Assembly: GCF_025231485.1 (NCBI RefSeq)
Contig: NZ_CP104003.1
Span: 3,641,960-3,673,959, forward strand
From: Salinirubellus salinus
GTDB lineage: Archaea; Halobacteriota; Halobacteria; Halobacteriales; Haloarculaceae
DNA length: 32,000 nucleotides
Reading direction: 5' to 3'
The notes under the pieces were generated by a model. It saw only the letters and a program-made list of their open reading frames with translations. It was not told where the DNA came from and did no database searches. Made by a program: the position numbers and the translations under genes. Position 1 is the first letter of the stretch. Every line of letters starts with the position of its first letter. Shown piece after piece: positions 7,109-14,862 of this stretch.

Positions 7109-8302
7109 TCAGCCGATGACGGTAGGACCGTTGTTCAGGAACTCGACGAAGTACATGAACACCCACATCACCACGAGGATGAGGAAGTACCCCGCGATGA
7201 GCGTCGCCGTGCCCACCGGGTCGTACTCGTCGTGCGTCAGTTCGTGTGCCGACGTCTCGAAGCCGGTCTCGGTCGCCGGGTCCGCCTCCGGGGCCCGGTA
7301 GGACCGGCGGTTGGCGTAGACGTAGAGCAGACCGGCGACGACCGGGAGGGTCATCAGTCCGAGGACCGCGCCGAACGCGCCGAACACGCGGTTGGCGAAC
7401 GCCTCGTCGACACCTCCCTCCTCGGCCGCGGGGCCACCGACGTTCCCGACGGCGACGGCACCCTTCATGCCGAGCGCGCGGTGTGGTTGGCAGTAGTAGG
7501 TCGTCACACCCTCCTCCTCGAAGGTGTGTTCGAAGGTGAAGCCGGCCTCGGCGGTCAGTTCCGAGCCGAGTTCCTCACCCTCCTCGGTGAGGACGTTGTG
7601 TTGACCGCCCTCGCCGGTCCACTCGAAGACGACGGTGGTGCCGGGGTCGACGCGGATGGCGGCCGGGCCGAACGCGAACGCGCCACCGTTGCCCTGCGCG
7701 CCGACGTCGACGGTGACCTCGCTCTGTCCCCGCAGGTCGACGGTCCCGTCGTAGTTGTCGACGTCCGAGAACCAGTCGCCGTAGTCGGGTTCACCCAGCT
7801 GGACGGGACCGGCTCCCTGGTCGCCGACGACGACGGCACCCTTCATCCCGAGCGAGCGGTGGGGTGCGCAGTAGTACGTCGTGATACCCTCCTCCTCGAA
7901 GGTGTGTTCGAAGGTGAAGCCAGCCTCGGCGGTCAGCTCCGATTCGAGCGAGACGCCCTCCTCGGTGAGGACGTTGTGTTGACCGCCCTCGCCGGTCCAC
8001 TCGAAGACGACGGTGGTGCCGGGGTCGACGCGGATGGCGGCCGGGCCGAACGCGAACGCGCCACCGTTGCCCTGCGCGCCGACGTCGACGGTGACCTCGC
8101 TCTGGCCGCGCGCGTCGACGACGCCGTCGTAGTTGTCGACGTCGTCGAACCAGCCGCCGAAGTCGACGCCGTCCTCCTGTGCGCTCGCGGTTCCCGCGGC
8201 GGCCAGCCCCGCTGCAGCCACGGTGCCGCCGAGGAAGGCCCGCCTCGTCGGGCCGGTCCGTCCGGTCGGTTCGCCCGACCGGCGCTCCGTCACGGTCGCC
8301 AC
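7109..8302 (-). CDS. Tat-exported tandem halocyanin (two blue-copper domains) fused to C-terminal CbaD/CbaE-like transmembrane helices
   Basis: Track ORF is 7109..8377. The likely start is the GTG at 8302 or 8293, just before the twin-arginine signal PTRRAFLGGTVAAAGLAAAGTASAQ. Two cupredoxin repeats each carry GGQHNV plus YYC(A/Q)PHR(S/A)LGMKG (H, C, H, M type-1 Cu ligands). The C-terminus has two hydrophobic helices (FGAFGAVLGLMTLPVVAGLLYVYA and TATLIAGYFLILVVMWVFMYFVEFL). The stop lies 6 nt before the CbaB start. Confidence 0.9.
   Translation of the reverse strand: MATVTERRSGEPTGRTGPTRRAFLGGTVAAAGLAAAGTASAQEDGVDFGGWFDDVDNYDGVVDARGQSEVTVDVGAQGNGGAFAFGPAAIRVDPGTTVVFEWTGEGGQHNVLTEEGVSLESELTAEAGFTFEHTFEEEGITTYYCAPHRSLGMKGAVVVGDQGAGPVQLGEPDYGDWFSDVDNYDGTVDLRGQSEVTVDVGAQGNGGAFAFGPAAIRVDPGTTVVFEWTGEGGQHNVLTEEGEELGSELTAEAGFTFEHTFEEEGVTTYYCQPHRALGMKGAVAVGNVGGPAAEEGGVDEAFANRVFGAFGAVLGLMTLPVVAGLLYVYANRRSYRAPEADPATETGFETSAHELTHDEYDPVGTATLIAGYFLILVVMWVFMYFVEFLNNGPTVIG
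7445..8178 (-). repeat. Intragenic tandem duplication (period 378 bp = 126 codons) encoding the two halocyanin domains
   Basis: Copy 1 spans about 7445-7800 and copy 2 about 7823-8178. Positions 7578-7726 and 7956-8104 are identical at all 149 nt by direct comparison. The flanking repeat sequence differs at roughly one position in six. Confidence 0.9.
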
Positions 8303-8383
8303 CTCCGCCAGTGAGCGGTGGCAATCACCGTCACGGCTCCGGATTTTCGAGAGTCCATGTCCGGTCACCCGGAACAAGAGGAG

Positions 8384-8390
8384 AAAAAAT
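8384..8390 (-). promoter_or_regulatory. Candidate TATA-like box of the halocyanin-oxidase operon
   Basis: The minus strand reads ATTTTTT in an otherwise GC-rich divergent intergenic region. It is centred about 29 nt upstream of the first minus-strand ATG (8358). Confidence 0.35.
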
Positions 8391-8457
8391 GGGCAACACG
8401 TTCCCAGTTACTGGGAATGAACGCTGTAGTCGTCCCACCCGGTGACAGAGTTCTCCC

Positions 8458-8802
8458 ATGGACTCCCTCGAGACGACACTCGTCCAGGAGGAGGGGGCCG
8501 TCGAGGAGTTCGACGGCGACCCGACCGTGGTGTTCGACGCGCTCGCCGACGACACCTGTCGGCGACTGCTGATCGCCACGGAGTCACCACGGACGGCCGC
8601 CGAACTCCGCGACGACCTGTCCCTGCCCTCCTCGACCCTGTACCGGAAGTTGAACCGACTGCTCGACGCCGGCCTCGTCCGCGAGGTGGAGCAGACCCCG
8701 ACCGGCGGGAACCCCGCCCACCGGTACCAGCGGACCGTCGCCAGCGTCGACGTCCGCCTCTCGCCCGGTGACCTGCCGAAACTCTGGGTCCGGTACGGCT
8801 AG
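8458..8802 (+). CDS. Winged helix-turn-helix transcriptional regulator (ArsR/TrmB-like)
   Basis: 114 aa. ALADDTCRRLLIATESPRTAAELRDDLSLPSSTLYRKLNRLLDAGLVRE is a typical ArsR-type wHTH (recognition helix SSTLYRKL). It is divergent from the oxidase operon and directly upstream of the copper operon. Confidence 0.8.
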   Translation: MDSLETTLVQEEGAVEEFDGDPTVVFDALADDTCRRLLIATESPRTAAELRDDLSLPSSTLYRKLNRLLDAGLVREVEQTPTGGNPAHRYQRTVASVDVRLSPGDLPKLWVRYG

Positions 8803-8872
8803 CCCGCCGCTCGTTCCCAGACTCTGGGACGAAGTGCGCGCTCTTTAGTCGGTCAGGTCACACCGTTCACGT

Positions 8873-9070
8873 ATGCGCATTAGTCCGGCCGCCCTCGCCG
8901 TCGTCTCGCTGCTCGCGCTCCCCTCGGCGGCGGTGTTCCTGCTCGATCGCATGGAACTGTTCGTCGCCGTGGCGCTCCTGAACGTCGTGCTCATCACCGC
9001 CAGCGTCTACCTGATGTTCGGCGGCCGCGAGGCGGAGACGGAGACCCACTCGCACGCCGAGCACGCCTGA
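8873..9070 (+). CDS. Small two-helix membrane protein with a His/acidic C-terminal tail
   Basis: 65 aa with two hydrophobic helices (ISPAALAVVSLLALPSAAVFLL and LFVAVALLNVVLITASVYLMF) and the tail EAETETHSHAEHA. A weak TATA-like CTTTAG lies about 28 nt upstream of the ATG. The stop is 7 nt before the next gene. Confidence 0.6.
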   Translation: MRISPAALAVVSLLALPSAAVFLLDRMELFVAVALLNVVLITASVYLMFGGREAETETHSHAEHA

Positions 9071-9077
9071 ACACGCG

Positions 9078-9869
9078 ATGGTCACCGGCATCGCGAGTGA
9101 TCCCGGACTCATCGTCTTCCTCGCCATCGGCGTCCTCGGCGGTGCCCACTGTCTCGGGATGTGTGGGCCACTGGTGACGCTCTACGCCGACCGGATGGGT
9201 GGGGCGGCGACCGACGGGGGCCACCCGACCGCCACCCGGACCGCCGACCGGGGGATGACGTTCCGCGAACTCCGCCAGCACCTGCTGTTCAACCTCGGGC
9301 GCACCCTCTCGTACGCCACCATCGGCGCCCTGCTCGGGGCCGTCGGGATGGTGGTCTACGACGCGGCCGCCCTCGCGGCCGTCGCCCGTCCCGTCCGCGG
9401 CGTCGCGGGCGTCCTCACCGGCGTCGCTATCGCCGTCGCCGGCGTCGCCTACGTCCGGGGCGGCACCGCCGCCGGCCACCTCCCCGTCGGCAGCGTGTTC
9501 GGTCGCGTGACCGGTGCCCTGACCGAGCGGGTCGACCGCTGGGTCCGTGGCCCCCGTATCCTCGCGCTGGGCGCCGTCCACGGCCTGCTCCCGTGTCCCA
9601 TCCTCTACCCCGCGTTCCTCTACGCGCTGGCGGTGGGGTCGCCGCTCCGCGGTGGCCTCTCGCTCGCCGTGCTCGGGCTCGGCACCGTGCCCACCCTGCT
9701 GGCCTACGGGACGGTGTTCCAGTCGCTCGACGCGGGGACCCGCCAGTCGCTCCACCGCGTCCTCGGCGCCCTGTTCCTCGTCCTCGCGTACGTCCCGCTC
9801 TCGATGGGACTGAACCACCTCGGGATCCCCGCGCCGATGTTCGGCATCCCGGTCTACCAGCCGCTATGA
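9078..9869 (+). CDS. Polytopic membrane protein of the DsbD_2 / TauE-annotated family with HCxxMCGP and HGxLPCP motifs
   Basis: 263 aa and about 6-7 TM helices. It has [12 protein letters not shown] in the first helix and [12 protein letters not shown] in a later helix. The stop overlaps the ATPase start (ATGA at 9866-9869). Confidence 0.8.
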   Translation: MVTGIASDPGLIVFLAIGVLGGAHCLGMCGPLVTLYADRMGGAATDGGHPTATRTADRGMTFRELRQHLLFNLGRTLSYATIGALLGAVGMVVYDAAALAAVARPVRGVAGVLTGVAIAVAGVAYVRGGTAAGHLPVGSVFGRVTGALTERVDRWVRGPRILALGAVHGLLPCPILYPAFLYALAVGSPLRGGLSLAVLGLGTVPTLLAYGTVFQSLDAGTRQSLHRVLGALFLVLAYVPLSMGLNHLGIPAPMFGIPVYQPL

Positions 9870-12286
9870 CCGCGACGCCCGCCACCGCCGACCCGGCGAC
9901 CGACCCGGACGAGGGGTGTTCGCTCTGTGGCCTCCCCACGCCGGACCCGCCCGTCACCGAAGCCGACGTGGACGGGGCGTTCTGCTGCCGGGGCTGTCTG
10001 GAGGTGGCCCGGACCCTCGACGACGCCGAGTCAGTCGAGGACGTGGACCGCGGCCCGGACGCCGAGTCCGTCGAGGGCGACGAGGCGTTCCTCGCCGTCG
10101 ACGGGATGCACTGTGCCACCTGCGAGGCGTTCGTCGAGCACCGCGCGACCCGCCACGAGGGGGTCCGGGCGGTCGAGGCCTCCTACGCCTCCGGCCTCGT
10201 GCGGGTGGTCTACGACGAGGCCGAGCTCGCGGCCGACGCGCTCACCGACCTGCTCTCGGGGACGGGCTACACCGCCCGTTCCGTGGAGGACGGCCCCGGT
10301 ACCGACCGGACCGAGGAGGTGGGCCGCCTGCTCGTCGGCGGCTTCTTCGGGATGATGGTGATGTGCTGGTACGTGCTGTTCCTCTACCCGACGTACCTCG
10401 GCTTCGACTCGGTGCTGTTCGACGTCCGGAGCACCTCCGGGCAGTACCTGCTCTGGAACGTCGCGGTGTTCGCGGGGGTCGTCTTCGGCTACACCGGCTA
10501 CCCCATCCTGCGCGGGGCGTACGTCTCGCTCAGCGCCGGCCGACCGAACATGGACCTGCTCGTCGCGCTCGCGGCGACGACGGCGTTCGTCTACTCGACG
10601 GGCGTCCTGCTGACCGGGGGCGCCGACGTCTACTACGACGTGACCGTCGCCATCGTGCTGGTCGTCTCCATCGGGGGCTACTACGAGTCGAAGGTGCGCG
10701 AGCGCGCGGCGGGCCACCTCACCGACCTGACCGAGGAACGGGTGCGCGAGGCGCGCCGCCGGACCGCCTCGGGGGTGGAGACGGTCGACGTCGACGCCCT
10801 CGAACCGGGTGACGAGGTGCTCGTCCGCGCCGGCGAACGGGTCCCCGTCGACGGCACCGTGGTGGAGGGGCCGGCGGCCGTCGACGAGTCGCTCGTCACC
10901 GGCGAGTCGCTCCCGGTCCGCAAGCGCCCGGGCGACGACGTGGTCGGCGGCGGACGGGTCAGCGACGGTGCGCTCGTCGTCGCGGTCGGTCCCGAGGCCA
11001 CCTCGACGGCCGACCGGCTCGTCTCGACGCTCTGGTCGGTCCAGTCCTCACGGCCGGGCGCCCAGCGCCTCGCCGACCGCCTCGCGGCCGTGTTCGTCCC
11101 CCTCGTCCTCGTGGTGGCCGCGGGGACGTTCGCCGGTGGCCTCCTCCTCGGTGCCGGGCCGACCGAGGCGTTCCTCTCGGCGCTCGCCGTGCTGGTCGTC
11201 TCCTGTCCGTGTGCGCTCGGGCTCGCCACGCCGCTCGCCGTCGCCAGCGGCGTCCGCGAGGCGCTCGAACGCGGGGTCGTCGTCACGAACGGCGAGGTGT
11301 TCGAGCGGGCGGCCGAGACGGACACGGTGGTCCTCGACAAGACGGGGACGCTCACGACGGGCGCGATGGCTGTCACCGACGTGGTGGCTCCCGACACGCC
11401 CCGCGAGGCGGTACTGGCCCGCGCGGCGGCCGTCGAGCAGTTCGCCGACCACCCCGTCGCCGGGGCCGTCCTCGCCGCTGCGCCCGCCCCCGAGACTGCC
11501 GGGGCGGCGAGCGAGTTCGAGACCCACCCCGGCCGCGGCGTGAGCGCGACCGTCGACGGCGAGCGGATCGTCGTCGGTCGCGGCTCCCTGTTCGACGAGC
11601 GGGGCTGGTCGGTCCCCGACGCGCTCGCCCGGCGGGCCGCGGCCGCGAGCGAGGCGGGACAGGTCCCCTCGCTCGTCGGCTGGGACGGCACCGCCCGCGG
11701 CCTCGTCGTCGCTGGCGACCGGGCCCGTGAGGGGTGGGGGTCGACCGTCTCGGAACTCGCCAGCGAGGGCCGGCGCGTCGTGGTCCTGACCGGCGACGGC
11801 GAGGCGGCCGCCCGCCCCTTCCGCGAGCACCCCGACGTGAGCGAGGTGTTCGCGGGCGTCCCGCCCGAGGGGAAGGCCGCCGTGGTCGAGCGTCTCCGGG
11901 CCGACGGGACCGTGGCGATGGTCGGCGACGGGTCGAACGACGCGCCTGCGCTCGCGGCGGCGGACCTCGGTATCGCGCTGGAGTCGGGCACCCGGCTCGC
12001 CGCGGACGCGGCCGACGTGGTGGTGACGACGGGCGACCTCGGGACGGTCCCCTCGGTGTTCGAGTTGACCCGAGCGGCCCGGCGCCGGGTCCGTGAGAAC
12101 CTCGCGTGGGCGTTCGTCTACAACGCGGTCGCGGTGCCGCTGGCGGTGCTCGGTCTCATCAACCCCCTGTTCGCCGCCGTCGCGATGGCGGCCTCGTCGC
12201 TGCTCGTGGTGGCGAACTCGGCCCGGTCGATGGGTGACGGCGAGCGACCGGCCCCCGTGGGGCGCCCGGAGGTGACCGGCGCGTGA
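9866..12286 (+). CDS. Heavy-metal (Cu+) translocating P1B-type ATPase, FixI/CcoI-like
   Basis: Track ORF is 9161..12286. The real start is the ATG at 9866 ([10 protein letters not shown]), because the upstream part is an Arg/Pro-rich shadow of the previous gene. 806 aa. It has the N-terminal Cys module CSLCG...FCCRGCLEV, the HMA domain GMHCATC, TGES, the transmembrane [22 protein letters not shown], and [10 protein letters not shown]. Confidence 0.95.
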   Translation: MTATPATADPATDPDEGCSLCGLPTPDPPVTEADVDGAFCCRGCLEVARTLDDAESVEDVDRGPDAESVEGDEAFLAVDGMHCATCEAFVEHRATRHEGVRAVEASYASGLVRVVYDEAELAADALTDLLSGTGYTARSVEDGPGTDRTEEVGRLLVGGFFGMMVMCWYVLFLYPTYLGFDSVLFDVRSTSGQYLLWNVAVFAGVVFGYTGYPILRGAYVSLSAGRPNMDLLVALAATTAFVYSTGVLLTGGADVYYDVTVAIVLVVSIGGYYESKVRERAAGHLTDLTEERVREARRRTASGVETVDVDALEPGDEVLVRAGERVPVDGTVVEGPAAVDESLVTGESLPVRKRPGDDVVGGGRVSDGALVVAVGPEATSTADRLVSTLWSVQSSRPGAQRLADRLAAVFVPLVLVVAAGTFAGGLLLGAGPTEAFLSALAVLVVSCPCALGLATPLAVASGVREALERGVVVTNGEVFERAAETDTVVLDKTGTLTTGAMAVTDVVAPDTPREAVLARAAAVEQFADHPVAGAVLAAAPAPETAGAASEFETHPGRGVSATVDGERIVVGRGSLFDERGWSVPDALARRAAAASEAGQVPSLVGWDGTARGLVVAGDRAREGWGSTVSELASEGRRVVVLTGDGEAAARPFREHPDVSEVFAGVPPEGKAAVVERLRADGTVAMVGDGSNDAPALAAADLGIALESGTRLAADAADVVVTTGDLGTVPSVFELTRAARRRVRENLAWAFVYNAVAVPLAVLGLINPLFAAVAMAASSLLVVANSARSMGDGERPAPVGRPEVTGA

Positions 12287-12942
12287 CGACGACCGAACCG
12301 GTCCGCGTCGGTCCCCTCTCGCTCCCCCGGCGCGCGGTGCTGGTGGTCGGGGTGCTCCTCGCGCTCGAACTCCTCCTCCTCGCGTGGTACCTCGGGACGA
12401 CGACGGCGACGGTGTTCGCGCCGCGTTACCTGCTCTACCCGTTCGTCTGGGTGAACGTCGGGGTGCTGGCGGTGCTCGGCACGGCGCCCGTGACCGGCCC
12501 CTCACGCCGACGACTGCTCGCGGGCGTCGCCGCGACCGGCTACGCCGGCCTCCTGTTCGTCATCGACGGGAGTCTGGCGCTCGCGGCACGACCCCCCGCG
12601 ACCGGGTTCCACGTGATGCCGCTCCCGCCGGGGTGGGGCCCGGCGCTGGCCTACGACGGGGCGACGCTCACGGTGACGCTGTTCCCCTACCGGGTGGTGG
12701 GGTACGCCGCGCTGGCGTACCTGCTCTACGCGACGCTCGTCGAGGCCTCGCGCGCGGCGCTCGGTGGCCTCCTCGGCCTCGCCTCCTGTGTCTCCTGTAC
12801 GCTCCCCGTCCTCGCGGCGTTCGTCTCGGGCGTCGCCGGCGGGTCGGTGACGGCCGTCGCCACCGGTCTCTCCTACGACCTCTCGACGCTCGTGTTCGTC
12901 GCGAGCGTGGCGCTGCTGTCCTGGCGGCCGTTCGGACGGTAG
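12283..12942 (+). CDS. Uncharacterised six-helix membrane protein with an intramembrane CVSC motif
   Basis: The GTG at 12283 overlaps the ATPase stop (GTGA at 12283-12286). 219 aa and hydrophobic throughout. It has [11 protein letters not shown] in a loop and [15 protein letters not shown] in a predicted helix. No family is recognisable to me. Confidence 0.7.
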   Translation: MTTTEPVRVGPLSLPRRAVLVVGVLLALELLLLAWYLGTTTATVFAPRYLLYPFVWVNVGVLAVLGTAPVTGPSRRRLLAGVAATGYAGLLFVIDGSLALAARPPATGFHVMPLPPGWGPALAYDGATLTVTLFPYRVVGYAALAYLLYATLVEASRAALGGLLGLASCVSCTLPVLAAFVSGVAGGSVTAVATGLSYDLSTLVFVASVALLSWRPFGR

Positions 12943-12969
12943 AGGCAGTGAGGGGGCCGAGAAGCGGGG

Positions 12970-13935
12970 TCAGTCCTCGGTCGCGGTCGGTGCGCGCTCG
13001 CGGTCCGGGTCCCACTCGAACGCGGGGAGCGCCGCCTCGATCTCCGCGCGCTCGTCCTCGAGCCACTCGGGCAGCGTCAGGCGCTCGCCAAGCGACTCGG
13101 GGTCCTCGTCGACCGTGAAGCCGGGTTCCGGGGTGGCGAACTCGAACAGCACCCCGCCGGGTTCGCGGGCGTAGATGGCGGTGAAGTACTTTCGGTCGAT
13201 GGGGTCGGTGGCGTTCAGCCCCGCTTCGCGCAGTTCGTCACGCAGGGCTTCCTGCTCGTCCGTGGCCACCTCGAACGCGACGTGGTGGACGGTGCCGACG
13301 CCCATCTGTCCGCGCGGGAGCGACGTCTCGACGAGGTCGACGACGGTGCCGAGGCGGTCGGCGCCGGTGTCGTAGCGGGTCCGGTCGCCCTCGCTGTCGA
13401 CGCGGTCGAAGCCGACCAGTTCCAGTATCTCGGCGGTCGGGGCGGCGCCGGAGACGGCCAGCGTGACGCCGTAGAACCCACGGATCTGGTGTTCCATCGG
13501 GACCGGCCCCTCCATCCACGGCTCGCCGGGGCGCTCCCCGTCGTGGAAGACCAGTTCGGGACCGATGCCGTCTGGGTCGGCGAACTGGAGGACCGGCTGG
13601 GAGAACCGCTCGTGCTCGGAGTAGCGCACGCTCCGCGATTCGAGGCGGTCGCGCCAGTAGTCGTAGGAACTCTCGGGGACCGAGAAGGCCGTGAACTGGG
13701 TCTGGCCCGCCCCGAACTCGCCCCGTCGGCCGGTGTCGGTCCACGGGAAGAACGTCACGTTCGTCCCCGGCGTCCCGACGCCGTCGCCGTAGTAGAGGTG
13801 GTAGGTGTCCGTGTCGTCGTGGTTGACGGTCCGCTTGACGAGTCGCAAGCCGAGCGTGTCGACGTAGAACCCCGCGTTCCGCTCCGGGTCGCCACCGATG
13901 GCCGTGACGTGGTGGAGACCGGGTGTCGTGGTCAT
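12970..13935 (-). CDS. VOC-superfamily ring-cleaving dioxygenase-like protein (glyoxalase/bleomycin-resistance fold, two modules)
   Basis: Track ORF is 12970..13983; start is the ATG at 13935 (MTTTPGLHHVTAIGGDPERNAGFYVDTLGLRLVKRTVNHDD). A second module carries VHHVAFEV...YFTAIYAREPGGVLFEFAT. This is the typical MhqO/YfiE-type VOC dioxygenase layout. Confidence 0.85.
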   Translation of the reverse strand: MTTTPGLHHVTAIGGDPERNAGFYVDTLGLRLVKRTVNHDDTDTYHLYYGDGVGTPGTNVTFFPWTDTGRRGEFGAGQTQFTAFSVPESSYDYWRDRLESRSVRYSEHERFSQPVLQFADPDGIGPELVFHDGERPGEPWMEGPVPMEHQIRGFYGVTLAVSGAAPTAEILELVGFDRVDSEGDRTRYDTGADRLGTVVDLVETSLPRGQMGVGTVHHVAFEVATDEQEALRDELREAGLNATDPIDRKYFTAIYAREPGGVLFEFATPEPGFTVDEDPESLGERLTLPEWLEDERAEIEAALPAFEWDPDRERAPTATED

Positions 13936-14007
13936 ACTGGCACTGTACGCTACCCGACGGGATATACGTTCGGCGCGACCCACGACGGTGAAGCGGCTCG
14001 AGGCGGC

Positions 14008-14862
14008 CTACGAGAGCCCCAGTATCTCGCGGGCCTCCGCCGTCGTCGCCACCGGCCGGCCCAGCTCCTCGGCGACGCGGACGGTCCGCTCGACCAGCTG
14101 GGCGTTCGACTCGGCCGGCTCCCCGGACCGGTAGTAGACGTTGTCCTCCAGCCCCACGCGGACGTGCCCGCCCAGCAGGACGGCCATCGTCGTCAGCGGG
14201 AGCTGGTGGGGCCCGAACCCGAGGACGTTCCACGGGCTCCCCTCGGGCAACTGGTCCACGAGGTTCAGGAGGTTCCGGGGGTCCGGCGGGGTGAGCGTTC
14301 CGCCCCCGAAGATGAGGTTGACGTACGGCGCCTCGCTCACGAGGCCCGCCTCCACCAGCCGGAACGTCTCGTTGAGGTGGCCGTTGTTGAACACCTCCAG
14401 TTCTGGGACGATGCCCCGTTCGTCCATCTCGCGGGCGAGTTCGTCGATGGTGTGGCGGGTGTTCTCGCTCGTGAGGCGGTCGTACCGGTTGAGCGGACCC
14501 ATATCGAGACTCGCCATCTCCGGGGCGGGGTCGGTCCGCAGCGAGTTCCGGCGCACCTCGAGCGGCGCGCCCGTCCCGCCCGTCGAGTTCTGGAGTATCA
14601 CGTCGTCGGTGGCCTCGCGCACCGCGTCGTTGACCGCCTGGAAGCGGGCGGTGTCGAACGATCGCTCGCCGTTCGGCCGGCGCGCGTGGAGGTGCAGGAC
14701 GCTCGCGCCCGCCGCCTCGCACGCGGCGGCCTGCTCGGCGATCTCCGCGGGCGACTCGGGGATGGCGGGGTTCGCCTCCTTCCCGTGGACGCCGCCGGTG
14801 AGCGCCGCCGTGACGACCACCGGGTCGCCCGCGAGGTACGACTCGTAGCCCGTGGCGCTCAT
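14008..14862 (-). CDS. 3-keto-5-aminohexanoate cleavage enzyme family protein (BKACE/DUF849)
   Basis: VVVTAALTGGVHGKEANPAIPESPAEIAEQAAACEAAGASVLHLHARRPNGE is the characteristic N-terminal BKACE TIM-barrel pattern (HxH Zn site). The start ATG at 14862 overlaps the stop of the upstream small ORF (ATGA). Confidence 0.85.
   Translation of the reverse strand: MSATGYESYLAGDPVVVTAALTGGVHGKEANPAIPESPAEIAEQAAACEAAGASVLHLHARRPNGERSFDTARFQAVNDAVREATDDVILQNSTGGTGAPLEVRRNSLRTDPAPEMASLDMGPLNRYDRLTSENTRHTIDELAREMDERGIVPELEVFNNGHLNETFRLVEAGLVSEAPYVNLIFGGGTLTPPDPRNLLNLVDQLPEGSPWNVLGFGPHQLPLTTMAVLLGGHVRVGLEDNVYYRSGEPAESNAQLVERTVRVAEELGRPVATTAEAREILGLS

Noticed and set aside
7445-8178. Whether the direct repeats could be a CRISPR array or a mobile-element terminus
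   Set aside because: There are only two copies, with a 378-bp period. They are in frame inside one gene and encode two cupredoxin domains. There is no spacer/repeat architecture and no cas or transposase genes.
6398-8314. 638-aa plus-strand ORF with striking internal repeats
   Set aside because: It is antisense to cbaB and the halocyanin fusion. Its internal repeat is simply the mirror of the 378-bp coding duplication, and its composition is non-protein-like.
8873-9070. Calling the 65-aa peptide CcoS/FixS
   Set aside because: It has two predicted helices rather than one and lacks the conserved CcoS cytoplasmic motif as I remember it. Only the genomic position is analogous.
9161-9865. 235-codon N-terminal extension of the ATPase ORF (the track lists 1041 aa)
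   Set aside because: The extension is Arg/Pro-rich and is the +1 shadow of the DsbD_2-like gene. The ATG at 9866 forms an ATGA junction with that gene and is followed at once by the conserved Cys module.
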